Below are positions 63,560 through 64,000 of a DNA stretch of 64,000 nucleotides, piece by piece; within the stretch, counting starts at the first letter, position 1; the number at the start of each line of letters is the position of its first letter. Source of the DNA: Eledone cirrhosa (taxonomy: Eukaryota); the NCBI GenBank assembly GCA_964016885.1, contig OZ024752.1, forward strand, positions 13,268,001-13,332,000. The letters run 5' to 3'. The notes below the pieces were generated by a model, which worked only from the letters and a program-made list of their open reading frames with translations, did no database searches and had not been told where the DNA came from. The position numbers and the translations under genes are program-made.

Positions 63560-64000
63560 TATACATACATATATACATATATACATATATACATACATAC
63601 ATATAAAGTATAGATATGTGTGTTTGTGTATGTGTGTATGTGCATGTGTGTTTTGTTTTGATGTTATCCGGCAATTGACGAAATCAGGTGTGAAAGTATG
63701 TGTATTTGTGTGTGTTGCCCGTCCCTCTGTTTCTCTTTCCCTGTCTCTCTTTCCTCTCTCCTCTCTCTCTCTCTTTAGATGTGTGTGTGTGTGTGTAGTT
63801 TTCCTAATCTGACTCTTTCACTCTCTGTCTCTCTAAGAGGGTTGCCTTTTGATGTATGTATTACCTGTTTGAAACGGAAAGGAAAAGAGTATTGTCATAT
63901 AGAGAGTGAAGAGAGACAAAGAGTAAAGCAGTTAAATTATAGAGAGGGTGAAAGAGGGAGAGAGAGAGACGACGCTCAGCTTTATAATATTATAGATATA

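Larger units (their letters stand above)
60724..63995 (-). mobile_element. Possible non-autonomous Helitron-like element(s) interrupted by RTE insertions
   Basis: Minus strand begins TCtataatattataaagctg (~63995) and ends with a GC-rich stretch + CTAG|T (60724); 61085-61140 resembles 63890-63945. Confidence 0.4.

Overview
Repeat-dense animal (eukaryotic) DNA; the (TA)n/(TACA)n load and SINE/LINE mix suggest a cephalopod or other mollusc, which is an inference only. No host gene, rRNA, tRNA gene or CRISPR array is supportable, and most of the long I/Y-rich ORFs are microsatellite artefacts. The real coding remnants are all mobile elements: three large Penelope-like elements (RT + GIY-YIG), two large RTE LINEs plus fragments, two Tx1/L1-like LINE pieces, an R4/Dong tail, and mariner and Helitron fragments; a non-coding hAT MITE and RTE-derived non-autonomous elements are also present. 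The main signal is non-coding. Reading by eye I find about 35-40 type-I hammerhead ribozyme (HHR) motifs from more than a dozen sequence families, most with a palindromic helix III. They include a near-perfect 310-bp tandem array with 7 HHRs (retrozyme-like, 18360-20390), a diverged 314-bp sister dimer with a compensated U3-A8 core, and families fixed for non-canonical U4A and U4C cores. Many units lie in head-to-head or tail-to-tail foldbacks. All folds were assigned manually, and neither activity nor novelty has been tested.
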